A DNA stretch of 63,419 nucleotides, from assembly GCA_023515795.1 (NCBI GenBank), contig JALGPX010000069.1, positions 1 through 63,419 of the forward strand. Direction: 5' to 3'. The DNA is from Amoeboaphelidium occidentale (lineage: Eukaryota). Shown one piece after another: positions 32,774 to 45,931 of the stretch. The notes below the pieces were generated by a model. It saw nothing but the letters and a program-made list of their open reading frames with translations, had not been told where the DNA came from and searched no databases. The first letter of the stretch is position 1; every line of letters starts with the position of its first letter. The translations under genes were made by a program, and so were the position numbers.

Positions 32774-34346
32774 TTATTCCAGAGTTTTTGCCTTATAAAC
32801 TAGCATGTACGCCATATGCCAGTCCCCACCACCATACAACTTTTCGATATCTTCACCCTTCACTGGGGACACTTTATCATCATCAAATTTCCACCATTCA
32901 TCCATGTATTCTCTTCCTTTTACCCATGCCATATAATGACCTGAATCAGCAGAACGACCAACATGAGTTAAAACAGAAACTAATTCATAGTTTGCAGTTG
33001 GATTAATTCCTTCTTCATCGTACAAATACTCGTCAACTTTTCCTCTCAGTGTTTCCTTCAATTCGATTCCTAAATCCTTTGCAGATACTTTAACAGCTTC
33101 AGCTGGTCTCTCTTTTCTTTGTTGTTTTGCAGCATCGTCCTTAGCTAAAGTCTGTTTCATCAAGAGATCTCTGAATGGTCTCATCTTTTCTTGCAATTCT
33201 GGTGTGCACAGAGAGTTTAGGTCCAAGTCAAAAGGATACTTGACAGCCTAAATACCAGTAATTAGTAAAATTCGCGGTAGATTTTGAAAATACCCTCATG
33301 ATCTTTGCCTTCTTACGAATATCTTGTTTCCAGAAGAATCTAACGAAACTGACGGTTAAATACTTTGGCAACTTTGAAACTTTTGAGGTCATGGAGTAAA
33401 TCGCAGTTCTGTTCAGTGTTGGTGAGTTCTTTTCGATCTTTTCATTCAATGCTTCCTCCAAACCCTGTGATAAATAATTCACATTAACAGAAATGTGACA
33501 TCTCAGCTTTCTGAATTCTTCATGCGTAACAACAGGTGCTTCTTCTGGTGCCTCGTCGCACTTCATAGTTTTCTCAAATGTTCCAGTCATGTACTTCTCA
33601 ACAAACGATGATCCACCAGGAAGTTTAAAATTGCTGTCCAAATTTGTAATCAAAGCAGAGAAGCACTCATCAGCATCCTGTTGTGCAAAGCTTCCATTTA
33701 CCTGTTGAGCGAATTGATCGTATTGTGCTCGCAAAGTCTGCAAGAAGATCAGCGGATTAATTTCAGCACCGCCATCGTTCAGCTGTCTCATTAAATCCCT
33801 CAATGCAATTGTTAAATTCTTGCTACGATCAACCCCAAATGTGCCCTGTAAGTCCTTTTGCAAAGATGTTCCAAGTTCCGGAATCGAGCGAAGACACTGC
33901 AACGTGGCATTCATGTAACAAGTATTTCCCAAATTAGTCAAACCAGCAGGAATCATAAGCGCAGTATTTCTTTGTGAGGTCGACATATCTTCCAAGAATT
34001 TTGGCTTCTCAACAGGTTCTTTAGGAATTTGTGCTCCAGGCGTGCCCTTCACAGTTTAACTTTGAATCGCCTTTAAATCACATTACCATCATCATAAACA
34101 CATGCCCATTAGGAACATTCAAAGCTTTCAAGTCCGTGTCATCCTTTAATAAAGTAAATCACCTTCGTCTATTAACGGAATTACCTTCAACATGCCTCCT
34201 TTGATCATAATCTTCTGCTTTTCAGGTTCAACTTGAGTCAACTTGTAAAGCTGTTCCTTAAAATCCCTGGCAGGCTTCGTAACGTCCAGTGGGATGTCGT
34301 CGAACTTCTTTCCGGACCATTTGACTGATACTTTGAGAATCGTCAT
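32774..34346 (-). CDS. UBP6: Ubiquitin carboxyl-terminal hydrolase Ubp6/USP14, multi-exon
   Basis: N-terminal UBL (VSVKWSGKKF), GLTNLGNTCYMN, HVGRSADSGHY, GGGDWH. Confidence 0.95.
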
Positions 34347-34398
34347 GTTGCAAACAAACAGGAAAGAATGGAACAGAACTGAGACTGATGTAAAGTAT

Positions 34399-35893
34399 CT
34401 ATTCAAGAAGGGCGCTAATTTCTTCAAATGTTTTACCGTTTGGTTCAGGTAGGAGAATATTTATGATGATAGCGCATACTAGAGAGATTATACAGAAGGG
34501 CAAGAATGTCAGGCTTTGTAACAGATCTTGGATCTTTAGAAACGAGAAACCGACAATAAAGTTCGATATCCATGATACTGAATTACAAACAGATGCAGCT
34601 GGCGCAACAGCATAAGTCGGGAAGAGCTCCGGAAGAAGTAGCCACGGTATCGGTCCTAAACCGACAGCAAAGCAGCAAACAAGCACAGCGATTGAAACAG
34701 CCACCAACGCTTCAATTTTAAACACTGAACCAATAACGATTATTCCCAACGTTAAAGCAGTGGAATATTGACTAAATAATAATAGAACGCGGCGGCCAAG
34801 TCTGTCGATGAGATAAACTGAAACAATAGTTATGAAAACATTAACGCCGCCAATAATTAATGTGAGAATATTTGCCTGATCGTGCCCTTCTCCCATAAGC
34901 TTTTCAAATATCGTTGTAGAGAACATAATAACACCATTAATCGCAGAGAATTGTTGAGCGAAGAGAGCCGTCGAAGCAATTATCAATGCAGTTCTTAACG
35001 ATGAAACGCGCAGTAAATCTGCTAGGCTCATGTGTCTTTCTGTATGCGATGCTTGACACGCTTCATATAGAACATCATATTCTTCAGTTGCAACTGTTTC
35101 ATCATTCCTCAAGAAGATCAAGTTATCTTTTCCTTCAACATACAATCCTTTTGAAATCAAGTATCTAGGCGACTCTGCAACCGTAGGGCTTAAAGCCATC
35201 TGTAAAAGAGCAGGTATTATAGTTAGAGCAAAAAGGATTCTCCAACCTGGAGCACTAGAAAGAAGAATACCAAATGCTTGTGAAGCTAGTATAGCCAGAG
35301 TGATCATCAGTTGATTCAATGCACCAAGCCTCCCTCTATGATAATTTGTAGAAACTTCGGCAATGTACATTGGAGATGCAGAAGAAGCTATCCCACTATA
35401 ATAATTAGCAACGCATCCAAAAGATATCAATTTACCATCCTATGCCCAATATGAAACGCGAAACCATAAGCATAGCAGGAGACCATGATAATGCCATACA
35501 CATTCCACCCAATAAGAAGAAGCCATTCATGTAAATTTGTGTGGGTTTACGTCCGATTTTGCGGCATGCGAAACCTCCAACGAAAGCGCCAACTAATCCA
35601 CCAATGCAAAGCAGTCCAGCCACTAAGCCCCATTGAAGATCGTCCATCGGTAAGCAGTTTGGTAGCCATCCTCCTTGGCTGTTTGCATCATCAGTGCATT
35701 CAACAATTACGCTCCTCGGAGTATTAATAACGCCCAAATGCCAACCAAACTGAAAGCCTGAGATCGTAGACCATATCACAGACCAGAGCGTATTACAGGT
35801 TAAGACCTCCTGCCTGGTATCATCAGGGTTTAGTGCAGTCTCACTATCTACACTTCTATCCAAAAGCTTGTCAGGTTCAATATCTGAAGGCAT
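34399..35893 (-). CDS. MFS sugar porter (GLUT-like), paralog 1
   Basis: GFQFGWHLGVIN, AESPRYL, QQFSAIN, DRLGRR, GLGPIPW. Confidence 0.92.
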
Positions 35894-36028
35894 GAGAAAA
35901 TTGTTACGCCTCAAAGGACAAAAATTATCAGCGTTTCAAAATGTTTACGACAATGCTCGGAATTTTAGCAAAGGCTGTTCGCGTTGGAAATGTCCTGACA
36001 AACAATTGCATTTAAGTTAGACCATGCT

Positions 36029-37579
36029 TTATTTCAATAACTCGGTTACTTGTTCAATATTCTTTCCCTTTGTCTCAGGCAACATAGCAGTCATGATCAA
36101 CGCTGCCACTAAACTTATAATGGCGAACGGTAAAAATGTGTAAGATCCTAGCAATGCCGATATCTTTAAAAATAGGAATCCGACTAAAAACGAACAAAGC
36201 CAGTTGATCGCTACACAGACAGAAGCAGCTGGTGCAACTGCAGAAGTAGGAAATATTTCTGGAAGAATAAGCCACGGTATAGGACCTTGAAAAATCAAAT
36301 GAAATCACGTACTTTAAACTTACCTAGACCGATGGCAAAGACTGCAACAAAAGAAATGACACAGACAGCGATTAAAGCATCAACATTCAGTAAAGATCCG
36401 ACAACAATTAGAATAGACAGAATTGCCATTCCGTACTGACTGAATAACAATAAAGCTCTTCTTCCTGCTCTGTCCATCAAATACACAGATAATATAGTAA
36501 CAACCAAATTCACAAGACCAACAAAAACAGTCAATAGCTGTGACTGTGACTCTCCCTCTCCCATTAGCTTCTCGAAAATCGAAGATGAAAACATAATAAC
36601 ACCATTAATACCAGATAGCTGTTGAGCAATCTGTGCAACAATAGCGATGATCAACGGTTTTCTGAGTGATTTCTTTTGAAACAATTGGATAATATTTATC
36701 TTTTCCTGTGAACTGGAATCGTTCTCTTGTGAAGCTGTAAGGGAATACAATTCCTCGTCAACGTCAGTGGTTCCTCTAATTCTTTCCAAAGATATACGTG
36801 CTTTAATTTGCTTACCAACACTGATCAAATATCGAGGCGATTCACAGATAAACGGAGCCAACAATAATTGCAACACGGAAGGAACAATAGAGAATCCCAG
36901 TAGTATTCTCCATCCAGGTATATTAGACAGACCAAGTCCCATTAACATTGAAACCAAAATCGCAATAACAACGCCCAACTGATGCAATGCTCCAAAAGTA
37001 CCACGGAATCTGACAGGACTGATTTCAGCAACGTACATTGGCACAGCAGCAGTACACACACCAGCACCGATACCAACAACAAAACGACCGACTGTCAATA
37101 CCTCCTTATTAATAGAAAACGCCATGATCAATGCACCAACAATTAGAAAGACATTCTTGTAGATAATTGTAGCTCTTCTTCCTAATTTCTTACAGCTGTA
37201 ACCACCAGCCAAAGCTCCTACCAAACCACCAATGGAAAATATACCTGCGACCAAACCCCACTCGATAGCGTCCATGGGAATGCAAGGAGGCAAAGTCTGG
37301 GAAAGCTCTTCATCAGACGCACCACAACTTCTTATAACTTTCTCAGGATTGTTAATTACTACGCGATAATAAGTAAGTTTAGTCCTTAGAGGCATAAATG
37401 GAAAAGATACCGCCAATGTTCCATCCAAATTGGAATGAGCTGATTACGGCCCAAGCAACGGAAAACATCACGTAGCCGGTGAGCTTCTCATGAGTGAATG
37501 TCGCACTGGAATGAGATGCATCCAAAAGAGGTTTCTGCTCAGATTCTGAGTGTTCTTCTTTATTGATCTTCACACTCAT
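36029..37579 (-). CDS. MFS sugar porter (GLUT-like), paralog 2
   Basis: SFQFGWNIG, CESPRYL, QQLSGING, DRAGRR, GPIPW, PETKG. Confidence 0.92.
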
Positions 37580-37629
37580 TGTTGGCGTTGCAAAGCGTTC
37601 CAAGAAAAAAAGATATGTGGCGCATATCG

Positions 37630-38703
37630 TCACACGCCTGGAGTTTGAACGTCATAAGAGTCGTTTGAATGATTTAGGCGCTGTTGTTGTTGTTGCTGCT
37701 GTAGTCGAGCCTGCGCAACCAGTTTTTCAAACTCTGAGGAATATGCTGAAGCATGCTTCTTTGCATCATCTTCTGTTTTGATTGTCGGAGTATGTTTCGT
37801 AAGACTAGCTTCCCTTTCTTCTAGCTGCTTGAATATTTGCTCATCACTAACAGGTACTCTGCTCTCACAAGCAGCATTCCAAATCTGAATAAATAAATTG
37901 TATCGCGCTTCCCTGGTTTTGCGATCACCATGCGTTGGGATACCGTACTGATGCATCTCTTGTTTCAATTGACTTTCCTTCTTCGCTTTATTCCATTGAA
38001 CAGGAATCTTTTGTCTCTGACTGATAATGTTAAATCCGTTTGAATTAATCAAGTAAAAGTTACTTTGTCTTTTGTTCTTTAGTAGGTGCGGAGGCATTTG
38101 CGGCATTTCGAGGCTTCCTTGTACTCTGATCATTACGCTTAACTTCTACAATGATCACGTCGTCGTCGTCGTCTGAATTATCATTAATTTCTGATGAAGT
38201 TTCCTTGTATGTCTTTCTGCTGGAAAGATCGCTCTTGCTTGACCGCAGTGCAAACGGATTTTCATTCAAACGCTTTCGCTTTGCAGGCTGTTTATGGATC
38301 TCTTCAGGATCTTTTGCAGCCTTAGTTTTTACCTTCAGAGCAGCAATAGTCTTTTCTCTACAGATGAAACAATAGTTATTCTGATACAAAGAGCGCTTCC
38401 GTAAACATACCTCACAGCCTTATAAGGTAAAAGAATACTGTCAATAAGACCATTAGAAATAGTATCATTGTTATAATCCTTAATTTTACAATTGCAAATC
38501 GGACAGTGCTTATCACCAGCCATCTGCTGTGAGTCCAGGGCTTGTCGTAAACATAAAGAACAGAATGTGTGACCGCATGACGTAACTGTTCTTGCAATAT
38601 TCAGTAAATCTTTGCATGAGGGGCATCGGAGTAAAGTATCAATTGTCTCCCAGTCTTTGTCTGGCCAGTCTGTTGGATCATCAACCAAGTCGTCCATTGT
38701 CAT
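37630..38703 (-). CDS. RAD18: RING E3 ligase Rad18-like, multi-exon
   Basis: DDPTDW...LLRCPSCKD...CGHTFCSLCLR RING; C-terminal SAP-like YGIPTHG...WNA. Confidence 0.8.
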
Positions 38704-38864
38704 TCTGTGTGAGTTGTTGCAGGAATAGGAACGTTCAAACAAATATGAAACAACATCAACAAAGGCGTTAAGTTACTTCAGCCTCAGATTTACTCAGGCT
38801 CTTTCAGTATCCATTCTTTATTCTCAGCTTTCAAAGCTGTACCTTTAAACCTTCTTTCTGCATC

Positions 38865-41264
38865 ATGTTTTCGAGTCTACAGTCGCGCTTCTACGATGGA
38901 TACGATCCCATTCAAATGCAGGACGTAGAAATGGGCTCATCTAATGAGGATTTGAGGGCATCGCCTGTTGCTGTAAAGAAGAAGAAGACGCAGGCTAATA
39001 TGTGCTCTAATGATCATAATGTGCTGAAATGGATAATGGCCACTGTGCTCTTTTCCGTAATGCTTCCAATGATGATGTCGCTCTTGTATTACGCCAATAC
39101 TTTTGAAGAAGATGTAAGAGAAATTTATCATGATATGATGTTGACAGTGCCTTCTGAGGACAAAGCGATGGAATGGTTAAAGTATTACACATCAAAGCCA
39201 CATATTGCTGGTTCTGATAATGATTATGAGCAGGCGCTATGGACCAGAGATAAATTTACTGAATTTGGGTTACCTGACGTTTGGTTGAATACTTATTATC
39301 CTTTGCTAAATTATCCTAAAGCAAGAAATGTCTCCGTGCAACAGAATGATGGCACAGTTAGATACTTAAAACTTCAAGAAGATCCTGTTGCTGAGGATGA
39401 AAGCACAGTGAAGTACACTAACGCTATTCCTCCGTTTCATGGTTATTCTTATTCCGGCTCTGCTACAGGACAGATCGTTTACGCGAATTATGGAACACGA
39501 GAAGACTTTGATATTTTGAAAGCGAACGGAATTGATGTTAAAGGAAAATTGGTCTTGGTGAGATATGGAAGGAACTTTAGAGGTTTAAAAGTTCGTGCTG
39601 CAGAGTTGGCTAGTTGTATTGGAATATTGATTTACAGTGATCCTGCTGATGATGGTTATGGAAAAGGTGCAGTATATCCAGAAGGTCCGTACAGACCAGC
39701 TTCTGGTGTTCAAAGAGGCAGTGTGCACTACATGAGTTTGTATCCTGGTGATCCTTTGACTCCTGGCGTCCCAGCTCATGAAAACGCTGAGAGAATTCCA
39801 ATTGAAGATGCTGTTACTTTACCGAAAATTCCTTCTCTTCCTATATCATATCAAGACGCACAGATCATCTTTGAGAGTCTTAAAGGCACAGGAATCAATT
39901 GCAAAACTTTAGTTAATGGTAGTTGGGTTGGTGGACTAGATGAGAATTTATACTTTACTGGTCCTTCATATCACAATGTCACAATGGTGAACGACGTTGA
40001 GTACAAAATAGCCCCTGTATGGAACGTATTAGCGAGGATTAATGGAACCATGTATCCGGATGAGTATATTGTTCTTGGGAACCATAGAGATGCTTGGGTT
40101 TTTGGAGCCATGGATCCTTCGTCTGGCAGTGCTTCATTTGTTGAACTGGCGAGATCATTAGGGCATATGCTGAAAAAAGGATGGAAACCGCTAAGGTCGA
40201 TTATATTGGCATCATGGGATGGAGAAGAATATGGAATGTTGGGTAGTACAGAATATGTTGAAGATTTTGTGCAAGATTTGAAAAAGAACGCTGTTGCATA
40301 CATTAATGTTGATAACAGTGCATCTGGATCAGAATTATCTGTGTCCTCTACTCCATCATTATCTTCTGTAATCAGAGAAATCACAAAGAAAGTTAATGAT
40401 CCAAAAAGTGGTAGAACTGTATACGATGAATGGATGAAAGCTGATATGGAATGGAACAGCAAACACATTACTTCTGGTGAAGAGTTTAGAGCTCATCCAG
40501 TTGTTTCAGAGCTTGGCTCAGGTTCAGATTTTGTAGCATTTTGTGACTATGCTGGGGTTCCTTCAGTTAGCTTTGCATTTAAAGGCCCTTACGGTGTTTA
40601 TCATTCAATTTACGATAGTTTTAATTGGATGCAAAAGTTTGGAGATCCTGGATGTAAGTATGAAGTCACTGCTACTAAATTGTGGGGTCTATTGTCTCTA
40701 ACTTTGAGTGATTCTATCATTCTTCCTTTTAATTACACAGAATACGGCGTAGAACTGGATTTTTATGTAAACAAGTTAGAAAAAGCTCTGAATGAAGGTC
40801 TGGACAAGAAAATTCCGAAGAGTAATTTGACGATTTTGAGAGATAGCATAAGGCCACTCTATGAGGTTTCAAAAGCAATCGAAAAGAAGATGGAAAATTT
40901 GAAACAACAAGTTTCTCGAAAATCCTATTCTTTAGAGAAGTATCTTAGTACGAAGGAAAATTTTGAATTAAATCAAGAAATCGCACTGATAAACAAAAAG
41001 CTTTACCTTGCTGAAAGACAGTTTTTGCTTCCTACAGGCGGCATTGAAGGAAGAGAATGGTACAAACATGTGGTTTACGCGCCCGGATTATGGGCTGGAT
41101 ATGGTGCTGTTACTTTTCCTACATTGACGGAATCAATTGAAGAATATATCAAGAGCGGTAGAAAAGAGAAGAATCTTAATCGAGTAATGAAGGCACAAAA
41201 GGAAGTATCGGAAAGAATTCAAGCAGTTGTAAAATTCTTGGACATCTCTGAACAGGAGCAATAA
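38865..41264 (+). CDS. Glutamate carboxypeptidase II-like M28 peptidase (PA and TfR dimerisation domains)
   Basis: Type II TM helix, YANYG, GNHRDAW, SWDGEEYG, GSGSDF, YHSIYD, WYKHVVYAPG. Confidence 0.92.
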   Translation: MFSSLQSRFYDGYDPIQMQDVEMGSSNEDLRASPVAVKKKKTQANMCSNDHNVLKWIMATVLFSVMLPMMMSLLYYANTFEEDVREIYHDMMLTVPSEDKAMEWLKYYTSKPHIAGSDNDYEQALWTRDKFTEFGLPDVWLNTYYPLLNYPKARNVSVQQNDGTVRYLKLQEDPVAEDESTVKYTNAIPPFHGYSYSGSATGQIVYANYGTREDFDILKANGIDVKGKLVLVRYGRNFRGLKVRAAELASCIGILIYSDPADDGYGKGAVYPEGPYRPASGVQRGSVHYMSLYPGDPLTPGVPAHENAERIPIEDAVTLPKIPSLPISYQDAQIIFESLKGTGINCKTLVNGSWVGGLDENLYFTGPSYHNVTMVNDVEYKIAPVWNVLARINGTMYPDEYIVLGNHRDAWVFGAMDPSSGSASFVELARSLGHMLKKGWKPLRSIILASWDGEEYGMLGSTEYVEDFVQDLKKNAVAYINVDNSASGSELSVSSTPSLSSVIREITKKVNDPKSGRTVYDEWMKADMEWNSKHITSGEEFRAHPVVSELGSGSDFVAFCDYAGVPSVSFAFKGPYGVYHSIYDSFNWMQKFGDPGCKYEVTATKLWGLLSLTLSDSIILPFNYTEYGVELDFYVNKLEKALNEGLDKKIPKSNLTILRDSIRPLYEVSKAIEKKMENLKQQVSRKSYSLEKYLSTKENFELNQEIALINKKLYLAERQFLLPTGGIEGREWYKHVVYAPGLWAGYGAVTFPTLTESIEEYIKSGRKEKNLNRVMKAQKEVSERIQAVVKFLDISEQEQ

Positions 41265-41286
41265 AATATGACTTTTCATTAAGGCA

Positions 41287-42612
41287 TTACAATGTTCTAG
41301 CCTTCTCATACAAACTTTGAACTAAAGTTTCCATGCTCTTAATTGTTTGCAAACCCAAATCATAAGTCTTGTCAACTTCCTGCTCATCAAAAACTACCAA
41401 CATTCCAGCACTTTGGTCAAGAATACCAGTCAACTGCTTGTCAAGAATCATTTGGCTTAGTTTCTGCTCGACTTGGAATACAGGCAAGTTGATCATTTCT
41501 GCTACATAACCAATCTGGACTCTTGAGTATGGCTCAATAATGCGGAGCAGATTCTGTTCCAACAAAGTATCGTACAATTCCTTCAAATGGCCCTTTACAA
41601 TAGGATCATCTTGTAAGTGAATCGTATACTTTGCCAATGCAGCTTCAAATTCCTTCAAAGATCTGTTCTGGTATGCTTTTGCAACAGCCTTCATCGCATC
41701 AACTTCAATCATCTTCTCGTACTTGGAACCGAGTTTAGTCAATAAGATACCAACAAAGTCATCGACATTATTTAACATAACCTTGCACAGTAGCATATAC
41801 TTTAGTCCCACAATGGCTTTAACATCTTCCTGGCTGGCATAACCTTCGAATGCTTCATAAAAGTAAGAGTATCCAGTCTTGTAATCCTTCTCTTCTGCGT
41901 GCAAAATACCACTCTGCATATCCAAAGCAGCCTGCAAGAGAACAGGACAATAAACAGCGTTTGCAGAACTCTTTGCGCTGGTCAAGGAAGCCTACACAGT
42001 AAATCAAGCTAACTGTAACAAGAATCTACCCTTGACTTTGCCAAATTTCTTAGAGCGTGGTAGCATCGACTCTCTAGCAACAACACCTCAATAAGACCCA
42101 TCTTATCATCCAACTTCTTCAGTTCCCTGGTAAGTTCATTGATCATAGCCAAAGCTTCGGAGTAGTTTCTGACATCCAACAACAGCGAGATGAGCCTGGT
42201 CTCTAAAGTCTGTCTCAAATAAATTCTGTTTTCGTCTTTAGCTGTTTTAATCAGACTCTTGACCAGTTCGATTTGAAGTTGTGCTGAGCCATGAATGGAT
42301 GCCATGAAGCCAAGAAGCTGTTTAACCATTTTCGAAGTTTTTGCCTTTGACAACTTCAACAGTAATGGAACTGAGTTCTTAATAAGAGCAGAAAGATCAT
42401 CGGCATCACTAAGAAAGTGCAAAAGATTAGTAACAGACATTATGGGCTTTGTAGGATTACTTTTGATGTTGGTACGCTTCAGCCAGCAACAAAATAAAGT
42501 TCTCATTAACTTCTGTGCCACTGACCAGAGGCTTTAAAAATTGTACCAATTCAGGCCACTTCTTTTCCTGTTGCAATTTCTGTGCTTTAGCTGTTAAATC
42601 TTCCTTTGCCAT
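41287..42612 (-). CDS. RPN6: 26S proteasome lid subunit Rpn6/PSMD11, multi-exon
   Basis: SKAKTSKMVK, ELKKLDDK, DMQSGILHAEEKDYKT, PCI domain LLEQNLLRIIEPYS. Confidence 0.95.
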
Positions 42613-42815
42613 GCTGAACTGTTTTGCACAACGCTGATTGAATAAAAACGTTAAGGATTACAGAGCGTGGAAGTGTTTCAACAGGCTTTGAAGTTCAGAG
42701 CAAAGATTATTGCTGTAGAAGAGTATGAGACTTTATATTCCTATACAATTTTACATCTATTGCAGTCACAAAGATCGCGTTGATCAATTCGGTGCAAGAT
42801 TATTCATTAACAGCT

Positions 42816-45201
42816 TCATATTTCACGCTTTTCATTGGTATTAAAAGGCCATCTGAAAAGCTTGACTAGTCTTCTTGATGATGAGTCTCCGTCACCCCTT
42901 CTGTTATTCTTGGAAGCTTGACCCCATTCAAATTCTATGTAACCAACATCTTCTCCGACAATGCCTTCAAGATCAGGCAAACTTCTGCTAGGATATGCCA
43001 AAGATAATCCAATATTCTGAATAGAATGAATTGATGGTGTGCGCTCTTTTGACTGAACAACAGGTGGCGATTCTTCAGTATCAGCTGTTGTAAGAGGCTG
43101 GATCTTTTTGATTTTATCAGACGATTTCCTTCTTGGCAATGAGGCAGTTCCTTGCTTGACTTGTTCTTTTTGATTTTCTGTCTTTGCACTCTGTTTAAAT
43201 ACTGTATGCATGTCATCAAGTGCCTCCTCCAAACAGGATCGCAACCAATGGACTCTCTGTTTCTTATAATTACTTTGGAAATATCTTTCATCATCGTCAG
43301 AATAATTCCCACTAGTTTCAACTGGATGTGTTGAAGTCCCATTTTTCTCAGGATTACTGTCAGAACTTGAATCCTCCAGATCGGGAACAGAATCGCCAAC
43401 TAATCCTGCAACATTGAACATGAAACAATCTTCGCCATTATAAAAGTAAGCAATTCCGAATCCATCATCAACAACTTGACCCCATCCATATCCCTGAAAA
43501 TACTCGGTTGGAATCTGACTCGTTGACAAAGTCCAGTGACAAGATAATGTATATGCAGGGTCCAGAAACAAAGAAGGCATTGGTTCGCTTGATTTGACAC
43601 TTAGACGAAGTCCCAGGAAGTGTCTATCGATTCCCTCGCCTTTGACACAGTCCGACATATACTGGCTGTGAGCAAGTATCGCTTGCTTTCCTAATTTGGC
43701 TCTCTCTTCAACAGTGACCGATGAATCTTCCATGGCTCTACAAAATGCAACTGACTCATTAGAAACAGATCTACAAGTCTCAGTTCTTCCCCATTGAAAT
43801 CGTTTCATCCCTGCACTCTCATAAGTTGCAGCAAATGAGCCCATCAGTCTGAAGTATGCCAATTGAATTGCCATTTGTAAGTAAGAGTCAGGAGAGACAC
43901 CCAATGTTTTTACAAAGCCTTAATAACAATTAAATCTGTATCTTTGAAGTATTACCTTTGCCGTACTTTGCATATTTCAATGTTTGCAAATCATGCTTTG
44001 ATATTTGACCTAATAATTTCTTCTTTGTGTCTGTGATAGACTTCTTTAAACTATCAGTCAGTTGAAAGTTCAAGTATTCTGCTTTGAAATTGATCTTGGG
44101 ATGACTAACTGGATCTCTAAGGAAAGACTCTGTCTCCATCTTGCTACAAACAAAATCACAGAGTCTTGCAGGAGTTGTGGCATCAACCATAGAATGTTCA
44201 CCTAGAAATCCACATCTACCATTCTGGAAAACGATAAATTGGCATGTTTTATCAAACCATCTGTTTGAACCATAACCATGCCAGCAAAGATGAGCGATTT
44301 CTTCCCGTGTTATCGGAGTTGCAGTATCTAAACAAACAATAAAAGACGAAGAAAATACATCTTTCAATATTTCCTTGTTCTTGGAATTAACCTTGTATAG
44401 TTCCCTTAGATTAACACTCCATTCATCACGATGACCTGCGGTTAACATTCCTATAGGAACAGAAGACTCTCTACCGTCAGCGTCTTGCAAAATCAGAGCC
44501 ACTTGTTCTTCAATTTGATCCATACTCATCTTACTAACACCCTTTAAAACATAGTAATGATTTCTTCTGATAAACACAACAGACTCGTTCTTTGCGGGTT
44601 CAAACGACAAGACCTTATCACTTGGCTGGCATGCAACACGACAAGTATTAAACAAAAACTTGTACTGGTTCATGCACATGACTCCATTCTTCGCCTGTTC
44701 CGGAGGTAGTTCTTCTTTGATCAACTGTTGGCGAAACTGTTCAGCATGAAACACGATCGATGCAGCTTTTCTTGTCATTGAGCCATAATTCAAGGGAAAC
44801 ACAAAGAAGAAACTGACATTAAGGACAATAGATTCTCTGTATCTCAAATAACTGAACTCGTTCCACCAGTCGATCAGCCAACTTGACTTTGTCGCAGCTA
44901 TTTCTGGTGATCCAGACTTTCCGGAAGCCGATAACTCAGGCAGTAACTCATCCAGAGGAACAGAATCCAAGTATTGAGGCTTCCAACCAACAAGCGTTTC
45001 ACATTCTGCCTTCCTAGCCAGTAATCTTTCATGCAAAGTTTTCCCTACGCCATCTTCAAAGTCATCGACAATTGCCAGCGTTCTCTGATAATCCTTCTCG
45101 CTCAAGAAAGGCCTGACCGTCTCCAAGTACTTTGAGAGCGTATTCTCTAATTCAGGCACCGGAAGGAAAGGAATTTCGTTCTGCTTCTCGAATGTTTTCA
45201 T
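42816..45201 (-). CDS. Carnitine O-acyltransferase (carnitine acetyltransferase-like)
   Basis: LPVPELENTL, NRWFDK, GEHSMVDA, SPDSYLQMAIQLAY, GRTET, LSTSQ; one short intron near 43920-43955. Confidence 0.92.
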
Positions 45202-45694
45202 TAGCAGAATGGAAGTGTGGCGTCGGTGAGAAACCTGAAACAAGGCGTTGAACAATCCCTTCTTGGGCGCTGTTTTTATTGTAAGGCCTTTGCCTTAGGA
45301 GCACGAGCGCATTATATGCGCAGTATTACGAAGCAGAAGTTGAAACAATAAGGCAGTTTAATCGAACTATCTCTTCTTGATCTGATTGTTCGCGCCTCCT
45401 GATAAATAAGTCATAACGCTGAAGCTAGGTGTATTCGGGAGAAGCTTAAGGCTTTAATCAGCAGAGAGTATCAGATTAGACATTTTAAATCGATCGCATG
45501 CTTCCAGTTGCAACATGAACCCTGCATATGATTTGATCGCAAGGGCAATCTGAAATTCTGAAATCGAAGTTAACCTAATATCCTTCGTTTTAATTAAACA
45601 ATTTAAAATGCGAAGTATTTCATGCTTAAAAGCAAAAGTTTTATGATAAATTCTTGGATTATGATGTGTTAGAGAACCTATTCATCATCAAGAA

Positions 45695-45789
45695 GACACT
45701 TTGGCCGAGTGGTCAAGGCGGTTGCCTGCTAATTAAGCTTAGTGAGCAATTGGGTTCTGCCCGCGCAAGTTCGAATCTTGTGAGTGTCG
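45695..45789 (+). tRNA. tRNA-Ser(GCT) with a 13-nt intron (45732-45744)
   Basis: Acceptor GACACTT/GAGTGTC, D-arm GGCCGAGTGGTCAAGGC, anticodon GCT, long variable arm GGG-TTCTG-CCC, T-loop GTTCGAATC, oligo-T downstream. Confidence 0.92.
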
Positions 45790-45931
45790 CTCTCTTTTTG
45801 CTGTTTGTGCAATTCACGGAAAATTGTTTGCGCACGAGATTTCGTTTTAGAAATTTAAAACGATCTCTTTTTATAATTCTGTCTCTATAAATCCTTACCT
45901 GAACTTCCCTTTACTCAATTACAATTTTTTA

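Noticed and set aside
45654..45890. 78-aa ORF over the tRNA-Ser, and the many short antisense ORFs in the track
   Set aside because: They overlap a tRNA or well-supported genes on the other strand or frame and show no recognisable motifs.
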